Shown here: piece by piece, positions 14,289 through 27,562 of the stretch | How positions within the stretch are numbered: position 1 is the first letter of the stretch | Layout: the number at the start of each line of letters is the position of its first letter | Assembly (NCBI GenBank): GCA_047967505.1 | Contig: CM106538.1 | Source: Dipteris shenzhenensis | Taxonomy: Eukaryota | Strand: one strand, 5' to 3' | Length of the DNA: 64,000 bases | Notes under the pieces: model-generated | The model's input: the letters and a program-made list of their open reading frames with translations, nothing else | Databases searched by the model: none | What the model was told of the DNA's origin: nothing | Made by a program: the position numbers and the translations under genes

Positions 14289-17200
14289 CTCCCTCTCGAG
14301 CTCAATCCCAATTCCTGCACACCAAGCAGGTCTCTGAACTTGCGTAGCTTCTCTGCACCCAATGCCTTTGTGAATATGTTAGCTATTTGATCCTCTGTGC
14401 TGACATAAGCTAGATCAATAAGACCTAGTAAAACCTTCTCTTGCACATAGTGATAATGCACCTCAATGTGCTTTGTTCTAGCATGATAGACTGGGTTATT
14501 TGCCAAGTGTATACTACTCATGTTGTCACAATAAATGACAACTGGCCCATCTGTAGACTTATGCATATCATAGAGTAGCTTATGCAACCAAGCTACCTCA
14601 CATGCAGCCATTGCTGCACCCCTGTACTCAGCCTCTGTGCTCGACAAGGCAACTGTAGGCTATTTCTTGCTGCTCCAAGTGACTGTAGCACTCCCAAAAG
14701 AGAACACATATCCACTGGTAGATCGTCTATCAGAAATACTACCAACCCAATCAGCATCAGTGTATCCATACTACTACCTCAGCCTCATAAAATAGTCCAT
14801 ACTGCAATGTGGACTTCACATACCTGAGTATGCGTCTAGCCACATCTAAATGCGGTTTCCTTGGAGCTTGCATAAACTGACTTACCAATCCAACAGCATA
14901 GCTCAAATCTGGCCTGGTAATAGTCATATAAATCAAACTTCCTACTATGCGCCTGTACATAGTAGGGTCTTCTAGAAGCTCACCTGCATCTGTGCTCAGC
15001 TTCACATTCTGCTCCAAAGGAACTGAAATAGGCTTACATCCTGTCATCCGATATTTGGATAGCATGTCTAATCCATACTACCCGTGCAAGAGTCGTATCC
15101 CACTTGGTGATCTAATCACCTCAATGCCCAAGAAATAACGCAGCTCTCCCAAATCCATCTCAAACTTCTGCTTCAATAGCATTTTCACATGAAGGATATC
15201 TTCATCGCTATCACCTGTGATGATCAAATCATCAACATAAATGACAAGAAGCATAATACCTTTCTCTATTTTTCTCACATAAAGTGAGAAATCTGCCTTG
15301 GAAATCTGAAAGCCAATAGTGACAAGATAGTGTCCTATCTTGTTAGACCATGCTCTAGGTGCTTGCTTCAAGCCATACAAGGCTTTCTTCAACTTGCAAA
15401 CAAACTCAGGATGAACAGCATGAACATAACCTGGTGGTTGCTCCATAAAGACCTCTTCTTGCAAATCACCATGCAAGAAGGCATTCTTTACATCCATCTG
15501 ATGTAAAGACCATTCCTTTGATGCAGCCATAGCAATGACTGCTCTTACGGTTGCCATCCTTGCAATCGGACTGAATGTTTCTTCATAATCAATGCCATAT
15601 GTCTGCGCATACCCCTTGACAACTAATCTTGCCTTGTATCTGTTCACAGAACCATCTGCATTGTGCTTCACCTTATAAACCCACTTATAGCCAATTGCAT
15701 TCTTGTCTTTAGGCAAAGGCACCAATTCCCATGTAGTATTTGCTTCCAAGGCATCCATTTCTTCATCCATGGCTTTCTCCCATTTTTCTTTTCCCATGGC
15801 TTGCTCAACTGAAGTGGGTTCTGGTCCTGTATCATTTTGACCATATAGGCATAGTAAGTGGCTGTAAATCCATCATATTTCAGCCTATCCACAGGATACC
15901 TAGCTCTGGTAGACCTGCGCAAAGTAGGCTCACTTCCAAGTGCTCTCAAAACATCCTTGGTCTTCCTTATTCCAGGTGTAACAATAGAAGGAATACCCAA
16001 CTCATCATCAATGCTCTGCTGTTCTAAGCCACTGGATTCAACATAAGAGTGACCTGCATTCACATCAAACATGGGCTGATCTACCTTCTCTTTTCCTTTT
16101 CATGATACCTACATACCACTATCTGCATTGCTTTGAGGAGATTCTCATGATCTCAATCTGCTTGTCCATGGCGAAGTATGTGAACCACTGCTAGAGGACA
16201 CTGCAGGTCCACTAATATTTTGTGATTGCTACTGTGAATTCTGTGCAACATTACCATTTTGTGCATCTATATCATCAATCACATTTACTGGTTTATACCA
16301 GCTGCTCAACTCATCAAAAACATCTCTGCTCACTGTAAACTTATGAGTAGAAGGGTTATAGCATCTATACCCTTTCTGTTGCAGAGAATAACCAATAAAG
16401 ATGCACTTCTCAGCTTTTGGATCCAACTTGGACCTCAACTCATCTGGCACATGAACATAGGCAATGCAACAAAAAAAATTCAAATGAGAAATATCTGGTT
16501 TCCTACCGGTATACATCTCCTCTAGCATCGTGCCATGTATTGCTGCAGTGGGAGTCCTGTTCCTGCTGTAGCAACTGCTTTAGCCCAATTATAATCTGGT
16601 AGGTCTTTTTCATTTAGCATGGCCCGAGATACCTCTCCAATATGCCTGTTTTTTCTTTCTGCAAGTCCATTTTGCTGTGGGGTATGATTGCATGAATATT
16701 ACTGCTTTATGCCATGCTCTTGCAGGAACCTTGCAAACTCATTTGAGAGGTACTCTCCCCCTCCATCAAACCTTAGGCATTTTATTTGCAGGCCTGTTTC
16801 TTTTTCAACCATAGCTTTAAAAGCTTTGAAATGCCCAAACACTTCACTTTTCTTTTTCATAAAATGCACCCAAACTTTTCTGCTGTAGTCATCAATAAAA
16901 GTGATAAAATAATGACAGCCTCCAATAGATGCAGCTTTAGTAGTCCACACATCTGAGTGGATTAATTCCAATGGCTTCTTACTCTCTTGAACATGTCTAG
17001 GAAATGGTTTCCTTGCCTGTTTTCCAAATTGACAGGCTTCACATACCTTATGCATTTCTGCAACCTTGAATTTAGGCAATCCTGCAACAATGTTTTGGGC
17101 CTGCATTGATTTAAGTCGCTGTACATTAACATGACCAATGCGTTTATGCCAGATATCAATATTTGCAACTACACCGGTCCCATGTGCAAACATTGATGCA

Positions 17201-18577
17201 CTCAATTCCGGCATGTCCGCATCCAACGTAAACATCTTGCTCTTCTTCTTTCCTTTTGCTATCAAGCGACCGTTATTTTTCATATCCTCAACAAATCATC
17301 CATGAGGATTAAATCTGACCTGCAAGCCCTGCTCAACCATTTGATCAACAGAAACCAGGTTCTTGGTGATATTCGGGACATGAAATACATCAGACAAGTA
17401 TTTCTTTTTCCCATCCTGCATAGACAAAGGAATCTTACCAATCTGCACAATAGGATGTGCAGTATCATCACCAGTCTCCACAAATCTTGGTCTATCCATT
17501 TTCCTTGCATCCTGCATCCATTCTGCATGACCTGTCATGTGGTTTGACGCACCTGAGTCAACATACCACACATCATTTCTTTCTTCTGCACTTGTCACAA
17601 AATTGGTCATGTGCTGCACCATAAATAGATGCTCATTTCTGTCATCACCCTGTCTACTAGAAGATGCATAATTGCCTTGCTGCAATTTTCCATTCATAAT
17701 GTCATTCTGCTTTTTGTAGCAGTCTTTAGCCATATGACCCATTTTACCACAGTAGTAGCATTCAACATTGCTGTTTGCATTTTGGCCTCTCTGCCATCCA
17801 CCACGACCTCTTTGGCTCCCCCTGCCTCTAGAGTTACCACGTCCTCCATAGGACTGGTTTTCTTGAGTTTGCTGCTTATTCTGATTTCTACCACGGCCTC
17901 CAGATCGGCCTCCTCTACCTCTGCCTCTACCTCTTCCAGCATTTGAGTAGAAGACAATTTCTTTTGAAGTTCCTCCTGAAGAAGATGCACCGCCATTTCT
18001 CTGCTCTTCAGAAAAGAGCAAACAACTCCTCAAAATCAGGAAATTTTTCACAGACGGCAATGGATGTCCGGAACTGTGCATAATCCTTTCCTAGACCATT
18101 CAAGGTCACAAAAACTAGATCATCATCTTCCACTGGCGACCCAATGGAAGCAAGTGCATCTGCAATTTTCTTCACCTTCATGTGGTAGTCATTGATGCTC
18201 ATATTTTCTCTCTGCACATTGTGCAACTCCTGCTTGAGCTGCATTTTCCTGGCTTGCGTATTTGTGTTGTACATTTTTGCCAAAGTATCCCATGCCTCCT
18301 TTGGCGTACTTGCATCCTCAATATGCACAATCATAGAATCTGAAATACTGATAGACAGCTGGTACATAACTTTTCTGGCTCTCTCATGCCATCCTTTAAA
18401 TGCCTGCATTTCCTGTTGATTAGGAACATTAGGAAAAACTGGTTCTTCTTCATTTCCTGTAATGAACTCCCAATAGCCTTTTCCCATAAGGAAATTCGTC
18501 ATTCTGAACTTCCATGCCTAGAAGTTATTCTTGTCAAGCTTTTCAGTGACAATCTGTGAAAGAGAATCAGACGCCAT
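14249..18577 (-). pseudogene. Copia gag-pol polyprotein with frameshifts and stops
   Basis: UBN2-type gag, CYYCGKMGHMAKDC knuckle, WYVDSGASNHMTG protease, WHKRIGH/CEAC and HSDVW..IDDYSR..DGGGEY integrase, QMDVKNAFLHG/YVDDL RT, CDNMSSI/RTKHIEVHYH RNaseH. Confidence 0.95.
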
Positions 18578-19091
18578 TACAGAACACTGTAAAATATTAT
18601 GTCACTGCAAAAAACACAGCTTCTGCCTCACACGGGCAAATCTGCAAAACTGACGAAAGTGGTATTTGACCACACAGTCACTTCCTAGTGACGATTTTGC
18701 ATCAACAGGCAATAAGGATGATTCTATAACTCCCAGTATCTCTGCGCATAGGCATACGATGCAATTTTTGCGGCAACTTTTCACCGGCCTGCAGAGCAGT
18801 GGTCAGACAGCAAAAACAGGGCCTTTTTCTCAGTGCTTGCGGAGAACTTCCGCCTCCAAAACGGGCCCCGAAATGGCCTCGAAATTTCCTTGCAGCATAT
18901 ATTGCCCTCTTGCCACATCGCGAAGGGCGTCTCAATCTGATACAATGCACTCTTGCACTTTTCGGTTGTGCTACCTGCAGAGATTTGCTCCCAAACTCGA
19001 AAAAAGAAAGCAACACTGGTCCTCTTACCAGGACACCGCAAACTTGGTTTGCTTTCTTGAGCTCCTTACCACCAACCAGGCTCTGATACCA

Positions 19092-19444
19092 TGTGAAGAT
19101 AGTGGGAGAGAGGGAAGGAGTCTCACTTGCGGCTTTCTCACATACACAATGGGGGAAGAACACACAAAGGTGGAGGCTGAAACCAGTTTTCCTCTTCTTA
19201 GTTGTGAAAGCCAAAAGAACTCTTGTACAAAGAAATAGAAGAACCCTATATGTGGGTCTCAAACCAAACTCAGCTAACTAAGGTGGCATACTAACTGAGC
19301 CACGAACTAGAGTACATAAGGATAGCTGTCATCTAGCTATTATTCATGGGCGGTGTACCAACCGCATCTGCAGCTAACAAGTCGGTGACATAAATGCACA
19401 ACAGTCACCCTGGCATATCACGAGTGGAGCTCGATATCTCAACA
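19092..19444 (-). repeat. Copia 5' LTR (353 bp)
   Basis: Directly abuts the tRNA-iMet PBS; matches 13934-14288. Confidence 0.97.
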
Positions 19445-20399
19445 TTCCAAACTCTAGACTGACTAAACTAAGGAAGTTAAGCTAACTGCTAGTTAAGCTA
19501 AGTGTGTAGTTAGAGTAACTATCCTAACTAACTACAGTTAGACTACTAACTGGAATCCCATTAGTGTAACCTAACTTGAATCAAACTAAACTAAACCTAA
19601 GTTTTCCTAATCTTACTAGAGTTTATCTAACCTAACCTATCATACTTAACCAAACTTAGGTTAGTATGACCTAACCCTGGGTTAAACTATGGTTAAGGTT
19701 AGGGCTCTCCTTTTTTTTTTTTGAGAGGGAGGAGGGGGCGCGTGAGCGACGACTGAGGGTGGTGTGGGGGGCATTGAAAGTGTAGGAAGGCGGTTGCGAA
19801 TGGGCAGGGGGAGGAGGTTATAGAGGCCTTAAGCCTTAAGGCCTTATGGCTAAGGCTCTGTGGCCGAGCGACGAGCGAGGGTCTATGCAAGGAGGCGGAG
19901 ACGGGCGCGCGAAGGCAACCAGAGTGACGTGGCATGGTGGGAATGTAGGGCGGGGAGGAGTATGAGGCTGCGTCGAGGCAAGCACCGGCGTCGTAAGGAC
20001 GAGTTGCGCGCTACTGGCATCGTCACCATCGCTTTGCACATGGGCGCCGCGCCTGGCTGGTGAGTGAGCTGCCTTGGGGCACCAAGCCTAAGGCCTTATT
20101 AGTTAGATAGAGGGGAGGGGAGGAAAGAGGGGGGGGCGGGGGGAAGAGATAGAAAGAAAAATAGGGGAGGGGAGGGGAGGGGGAAAGAGATAGAGAGAGA
20201 AAAGATAGAGAGAGAGAGGAGGGGGTGGGAGAAGAGAGAGAGAGAAGGGGGGGAAAAGAGACAGAGAAGGGCAGGGAGAATCTAGAGAGAGAGGGGGGAG
20301 GGGGGAAGAGAGAGAACACTACGGTGACTGGATGCAAAGCTGAATGCACTGGCAATCACACCTACATGGGAAGCCCTCAGAGAGACAGTCCTTGACACC

Positions 20400-23121
20400 G
20401 CAACACAGGTTTTTGGAGCAATCCCTCAAGACAAGAAAAAAATGCATAAAGGGTTGCCATATAAGAAATGGTATGATGACGAATGCAAGAAACTCTGGAA
20501 TGAGCTGAAACATATTTCTGATGCAAACCTCCACAAGCAGAAGGAGAAGCAATACAATGCCCTCACGAGGAAGAAAAAAAGAAATTACATTCTAGAGAGG
20601 GAAAAATTTGAATTGCTCACCTTCATCAAGAATCCCAAAAAGGGGTGGAAAAAGGTTAAGAGACAGAAGAAAAAGATAATGGGAAATATATGCTTGAGTA
20701 TGTTATCAGACACTCTATAACCATTCCAGTGCAACAGACATGGGCAATGAAGAATTGCCATATGCTTCAGTCAACCCTTTCACTTTTAAGGACATTGAAG
20801 CAGGGCTGAAGAAAATGGAAAATGGAAAGGACCCTGACCACATGCACATGTGTGCTGAACTCTTAAAATGGACAGAAGATAGGACACGACAAAGGCTATC
20901 ACACATACTGACAAATGTTCTACATCATGGCTTTCCTCGCGACTGGCAAGAGAATTGGGTTCAGCCACTATTCAAAGGGGGAGACAAAAATTCAGTCACC
21001 AAGTACAGGACAATAATGGTTAGCTCCACACTAGCTAAACTTTTTAGCACAGTGCTTGAAGCAAAAATCAGCACTTGGGCCATTGGAAAAGTAGGCTTCT
21101 GTAAAGAGCATAGGACTGCAGATCATCTGGTCACATTAAGAGTACTCATGGATGAAAGCAGACTCAAAGGAAAAACTCTTTTATGCTATTTTGTAGATTT
21201 TAAGAAAGCATTTGATACAGTCCCAAGAGGTGGCCTATGGAAAAGAATGCAAGACCTCGGAGTTCCCTTGGCACTAAGAGTAGGCATCTCTCGAATCTAC
21301 GAGAAAGTATTATGCAGAAGACGAAAACAAGAGCATGGATTGTCAGCTGCATTTCAAAGTAATATGGGGGTAAAACAAGGTTGTCTTCTCTCACCTACAC
21401 TGTTTGGAATCTGCATTGACAAGTTAGAAGAACTCATAAATGAATTTACAGTAGAAGAAGGGGTAAAAGGACCCACATTCTGGATATGGGGCCTCTGTAT
21501 GCAGATGATGTGGCTCTTTTTGCTTATGACTCTGATTCCATGCATCAACTACTACAGACACTGTAGGTCTTTTGCAATGAAAGTGGGCTGCAAGTTAATC
21601 TCACCAAAACCAAAATGATGGCAGTATGCACCACTCAACCTGAACACCTTCCTGTTATCAGCTTTGCGGGGCAGCCCATTGATATGTCAACACCTTTAAA
21701 TATTTAGGCATCGACATATCAGCCGACCATAGATGGTGGCAATGTGCACAAAAAAGGTTGGATACAAGTTGGGGAAAATACTATCAATTTGAAAATGATT
21801 GCAAGCACACTATTGTTGCTTCTATATGCAGATGATGTGGCTCTTTTTGCTTATGACTCTGATTCCATGCATCAACTACTACAGACACTTCAGGTCTTTT
21901 GCAATGAAAGTGGGCTGCAAGTTAATGTCACCAAAACCAAAATGATGGCAGTATGCACCACTCAACCTGAACACCTTCCTGTTATCAGCTTTGCGGGGCA
22001 GCCCATTGATATGTCAACACCTTTAAATATTTAGGCATCGACATACTAGCCGACCATAGATGGTGGCAATGTGCACAAAGAAGGTTGGATACAAGTTGGG
22101 GAAAATACTATCAATTTGAAAATGATTGCAAGCACACTAACACCCGGAACTGGAAGATCTGGAATATGTTGTTTGATGGATATGTGGTCCAAATAGTGCT
22201 CTACAGAGTATAAGTATGGGGAGGCAGCATCTTTCCACCTACATGGAATGAGATTGAAAAAATGCAAAAAGCATTACTACAACGACATCTAGGAGTCAAG
22301 GCTACTACCCCATACTCTGTGCTCCTTTTGGAAACAAGCAGGAGGCCAATTGAGTTTCATGCATTGATCAAAGTGATGCAATATCTAGTGGACGTGCAAC
22401 AAATGGCCAATAGACAAATTACCACACAGAGCATGGACAGCAAGTATGAAACTTCAAAAGAACCATAAAAGCAAGATCATATGTACAGGATGGGGGACAG
22501 ACATAAGGAAATGGTTCAGCAGATGGAAAGTGGAACCATACTTAACTATGCCACCTGAAAAGGTCAATCTACAGGTATTCCAGTTGTCCTTACTACGCAC
22601 CCTACAAGCTCAATGGCTGACAACAAAGTTAGAATACTACCAAGATTAAATAAATCCTCTATGCTGGTCATCATTCATGAAATCGGATGCCTCTGCTCAG
22701 CCATACATCAGCACTCCCATCCCTCTTCTCTATCGCATGAATATTGCCAAATTCCGCACATGGTCACATACCTTGGCCATAGAGAAAGGAGCTTGGCTGA
22801 ATTTGCCACGACATGCCAGAGTCTGCAGGTTTTGTGATTCACATACAGCCGAGACAGAGGCACATGTAGCCCTACAGTGCCCCAAATATGCACATATCAG
22901 GGATGATTACCAGCAGATACTGGTAGACACCACACAACTCTCATCAGTTCTCTCCATTGCCTCAGCATTGGGGTCTTTTGTCACTCGTCTTTTTTCCTAC
23001 CGTCAAGAACTTGAAAACTCTTGACCCCTCCACATCGGAGGAGATTTTTTGTACTGAGGATTAGGTCCCATGGGTCATTTTTGGCCCCCCGAGGATGATA
23101 ATAAATTCTACTTCTGCTTCA

Positions 23122-23125
<4 letters not shown>
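20400..23125 (+). mobile_element. 5'-truncated non-LTR retrotransposon (RTE/RTEX-like) ORF2: RT plus C-terminal Cys/His domain
   Basis: FVDFKKAFDTV, GVKQGCLLSPTLF, LLYADDVAL; C-terminal HTLAIEKGAW..RVCRFCD..ETEAHVALQCPKY; ends at a (CT)n tract. Confidence 0.85.
21498..22139 (+). repeat. ~315-bp tandem duplication within the LINE RT (21498-21812 and 21825-22139)
   Basis: Near-identical copies, both containing the YADD codons; period 327 bp. Confidence 0.92.
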
Positions 23126-23158
<33 letters not shown>

Positions 23159-23409
23159 TCTCTTCAGCAGACGACACAGGACCATGCCCTCGAGAAGCCG
23201 ACAGCACTCTATCGCCAACTTCATGCTTCCGTTGTCTCATCCACCTGGATGACCTGATGATGATGAGGAGGATGATGATGATGATGATGATGATACTAAT
23301 GTGTAGTCGATCACTCTAACATGACTATGTAGTACTTAGCACTAGCTTTTTGCATTCTGCATTGGTGTGGATGCTCATTTAGTAGCTTCTCTCTCTCTCT
23401 CCCCAGATT

Positions 23410-24782
23410 ATCATGGGGTCTAGGATGATTCGCAGCAAGCCTTCAATCCCAGATCATATAGGCAGAGTTCACCATGACTCCTCTCCAGATGGATGCCATT
23501 TTTCAGACAGTGACATTCCTCACAGTCTGGGCCCTGCCCTTTTGGAGACTATCGAAACTGGCACTAGGATCATCCAGACACTTGGCAGAGAGCGGAGTTG
23601 ATACACCATGGCATGCATGTGTCTCCACATGGTTGGGCAGCTATGGGATCCAGATGGATAGACTTCTCCCCTTTTAGTATAGCCTAGATGCACCACTTGA
23701 GCTGATCCCAGGAGAGGAGATAAACCGTATCATTCGGTTGGACCTCCTCCAGCTCTACAGGTCCCGGACTTGGGGGGAGATCAGGAGTTCCCCACCAAGA
23801 CTCAGTTCTATCATGATCATTTCTTGAGGATATCAAAGTATGGCCTCATCATCTGAGCCTAGTATCTTGAGGATAGGAGAGTCTCGCATGTATTGAGGAT
23901 CGCCATAGGACAGTTGCAAGTATCATCTCAATTGCTGGGGATTGAGACGGGGAGAGCGGCGGGCATACCCAGAGGGCAGCGGATCTGCAGACAGTGCACG
24001 ATGGGGGTGGTCGAGACAGAGGAACATTTCTTATGTGTCTGCCTTGTCTACTACTATGAGATCCGGGAACATTACCATTTCCTCTCCCAGAAGAGGCTTG
24101 GCTTTGGCCCACTTACACGGCTGATCCACTTTTTTGACCAGGTCTGTGTGGGACTCTCCTTGATAGAGATGCGACGACACATAGATACACTGTTGCGACA
24201 GACTAGAGAGCAGCAAGAGATGATGCCAGTTGGAGCGCAGGCACGTGTTACCGATTTCTTTGCATCTAAGTCAACTTCGAGGGATGCCAAAGAGTAGTAG
24301 TTAGATGGGATGAGGGCATCATGGATTAGTAGATGAGACGCACACAGACTACATGCGACACGACGAGGGACCAGAGCACACACGATCGAGGACCAATCTA
24401 TCTCAACCCTCCTCAAGGGGGATCACCAGGGACGAGACATCAATCTTGACGTAGCCCATCGGATACAACGATCAAGACGACCACGTCCTCCACCACCCCA
24501 TGAGATAGCTCGACAGACAGAGATGCGAGAGCTCTTCGCATCTCACCAGAGAGCCATCATGGCACCTGGATTCATGGAGCTTGAGCATGTACTCAGAGCA
24601 TTACGTGATGCTATTTTTGCATTTGTTGTTACTAGATTAGCACTTAGTACTCAACAAGGGCCTGAGTGAGCCCTTTGCTTCAGCCCGCAATGACTTGTAT
24701 GAGGTATCCTTTTGGTATGTTTCCTTGTCTCATAGGCCCATGAGGCATCTTGCAGACGTTAAGAACTCTCTCTCTCTCTCTC
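23410..24782 (+). mobile_element. Second RTE/RTEX-like LINE, 3' fragment
   Basis: RIAIGQLQVSSQLLGIETGR..QRICRQCTMGVVETEEHFLCVCLVY C-terminal motif; bracketed by (CT)n tracts. Confidence 0.7.
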
Positions 24783-25744
24783 ACCCACTACCCCTACGCC
24801 ACCCCCCGCTACCCTTCCGCCAGCCCCCCGCTACCCGTTGCTTCACCTCCGCCACCCCTTGCTACCTCTCCGCCACCCCTCCTGCTACCCCACCGCTACC
24901 CCTCCACCACCCTCGCTGCTCCCCCGCCACCCCTTCGCTAACCCTCCGCCACGCCCCCACTCTTCGCCACCCCTTCGCTACCTCTTTGCCATCCCTCCAC
25001 CACCCCTCTGCTACTTCTTCGCCACCCTTCGATGCTCCGTCGTCCTCCTCCGCCACAATACCCCTATGCCATCCTTTCACTAACCCTCCGCCACCCCCCC
25101 TGCTTCAACCCCTTCTGCACTGCTACGCCACCAGCCCCCCTTTCGCTGCCTCTGCTCCACCTTTCACCTCCGTTTGCTCCTCCATTCCGTCCATCTCTGC
25201 ACCTGGCCATCCTCCCTAGACTTTCAGCCCTGACCAGCACCATCAGTCTGTCGCCTAGCCCGCCAAGGCCCACCTGCCTTCCCTCAGCCTGTCGCCTAGC
25301 CCGCCAGGGCCCTCGACCTGTACCTGCCTTCCACGGGACTTGTTGGAGCCCCTCCAGCCCCCTCTCCACCAGGGCCACCTGCGGAGGCTCATGGGCCTCT
25401 CCATCTGTTGTGGGTTCTCCACCAGGGCCAGCCACAGGTACACAGACCTACTGCTGCTACCAACACCCTAATAGGTGTTGTCGCTCCACGTGGGGGCTGC
25501 TGTCCACATCACAAGCTCACGGCCAGCCCTGTGCACCAAGTGAACCCGCCATTGATTCATTGTGCTGTGCGCCAATGATGCAACAGACTTGGGCCATGCA
25601 CGACAGCCCGGAGCTTGGTTACTGCCAAGATTGGCTACTGTAGCAGCACTGAGCCTTGCCCCGCACCAAGAACCAGGCCATTGGCCCCCGTATGCTGCCC
25701 TCTTGAACCTGCAAGAAAGACCAACACTCAAGTCAGTTTGTCAG

Positions 25745-27418
25745 AATGGACAGCTCACCAGATCAGAAAACAAGAGGCGAGAAAGAAAGAAAATACAGCG
25801 TCATTTGGACAAGGGCAAAAAATGGAAGACACAAATGCCAAAGCGTGCATATCAACAATGGACAGCTCACTAGATCAGAAAACAAGAAGCGAGAAAGAAA
25901 GAAAATACAGCGTCATTTGGACCAAAGGGCAGAAGGTGGAAGACACAAATGCCAATGCGTGCATATCAACAATCAAGGAGGTATGCAAGATGCTGAGATT
26001 GAATGCCTACAGAAGAAGCTAGAACAAACTAGGAAAGAGGAGCTCTCAAATATACGTGCCCAAATGCAAGATGACATGAAGAAATGGCAAGGGGAGATGC
26101 AAAAAAATGGACAAATCAACTATGCAAATGCAGATGACATATCCAGTCTTTTTGCTTCCCCGATTGAGACCTCACTAACCTCAAACAAGAGAATGAGAAA
26201 GTGAGGGCAGATACACATGGGGAAAAAGGGGAGTTTCTGCCCCCCCTAAATGAGGAGCTGAACCTCAGTAAAGAAAACAAGTGCAACAGCTCAAGGATGC
26301 AAAGGGGATTTCAGCTGCGGGATGCAAGATCACAGATGAGCTGAAATCAGGCACTTGGGAAAGAGATATTAACCTTACATGCCACTTTGCAAGGTAAACA
26401 TGCTGAATTCACGCAGCAAATCATTAAAGAAAAAGCTGAAATGCTAGAATGGAATGATGTGGTGAAAAAGGGCACAACAGTCCCCAAGAAAGAGTTTATC
26501 TCTGATGCCTTAGAGGAAGACAAGAGAAGGGGCAGCAAGGCCCTAAATGTCCTGGTTAGAGGGCTCACAGTAGGAGACACCCCTATGGCAGATGCTGTAG
26601 CCTTATTCACTAAGCTGGGGGTTAATTTGACGTGTGAGACAGCCTGGCAGGTGGGCAAAGAGGATGCACCAACCAGGCCACTGATTGTGAGGCTCCAGAC
26701 AGCAGCAGATAGATCCACCCTCATGAGCATGAGGCCAACACTGAAGGGCAACAGGACTTTCTTGGATGATGATCTCATGCTCTTGCAACAAGAGCACCGA
26801 CGGGAGGGGATGGTACGTGTAATGGCAGCAAGACAGGAAGGGAAGTGGGCTGTGTACCAAGATGATAAAGTGATGATACATGAGAGAGCAGAAAGGCCAG
26901 AAAGGAGAGAAGGTGTAGTGGACAGCAGATGACGGTGTCTCCCCCCGGGGATGGGGTGGAGAATAGCTTGAAAATGGCAGTATGGAATTGCAATGGTACC
27001 TCTGGTCTGACCCAAGAGGTTTCTCAGAAACATACACCAGCAGAGACATGATCTTTTACACCGATATGAATGAGAGTCTAGAGAGAGGACTGCCCACAGT
27101 GACAGGATACGCTTGGGAGTCAGCCCATAAGAAAGAGACGAGGAGAGACAGTTACATGGGTCTGCGGGGGTCGCTGTCCTTTTCAAAACACACATGAGGC
27201 GATTCATATCTGTGTTACGGAGAGAGGAGCACGTTCGACAAATGTGGGTACGCATCCAGAAACCAGATACACGACTGATCTTCATTGCGGTGTGCTATTT
27301 CCCCCCAAATACATCATCGTATGCACATGAGGTCACTATAGAGGGACACAGCCCATATGAGACGATATATGATGACATCATAGAGTTCTCCAGACAAGGT
27401 GATATCCTTCTTCTAGGC
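25745..27418 (+). mobile_element. LINE 5' part: ORF1 and start of the AP endonuclease, 3'-truncated; includes a ~112-bp tandem duplication (25745-25970)
   Basis: ORF1-type NVLVRGL...RPLIVRL...FLDDDL (26387-26932); APE-like LIFIAVCYFPP...DILLLG (27194-27418). Confidence 0.7.
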
Positions 27419-27562
27419 ATGGTTGTACGACACATTAAGACACAACACGTTAGACACCCTTCAGACACAAGTGTCTAAAGTGTCTTAAATTATTGTCTCT
27501 TGTGTATACATGACATTAGAAGAAGGGCTTGCAAAATCTATGTGCTATTCTAAAATGGCATA

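Larger units (their letters stand above)
13934..19444 (-). mobile_element. Complete Ty1/Copia LTR retrotransposon (5.5 kb), mildly decayed
   Basis: Two TG...CA LTRs; 5-bp TSD TTCCA at 13929-13933 and 19445-19449; PBS TGGTATCAGAGC (tRNA-iMet) at 19080-19091; PPT at 14289-14300; domain order gag-PR-INT-RT-RH. Confidence 0.97.

Noticed and set aside
18666-19262. ~190-aa ORFs on both strands
   Set aside because: Span the Copia leader, PBS and LTR; not protein-like
24695-25643. Extensin-like Pro-rich ORFs
   Set aside because: C-rich low-complexity sequence between LINE pieces; open in several frames, no domain evidence
26347-27285. 312-aa minus-strand ORF
   Set aside because: Antisense shadow of LINE ORF1; no recognisable motifs
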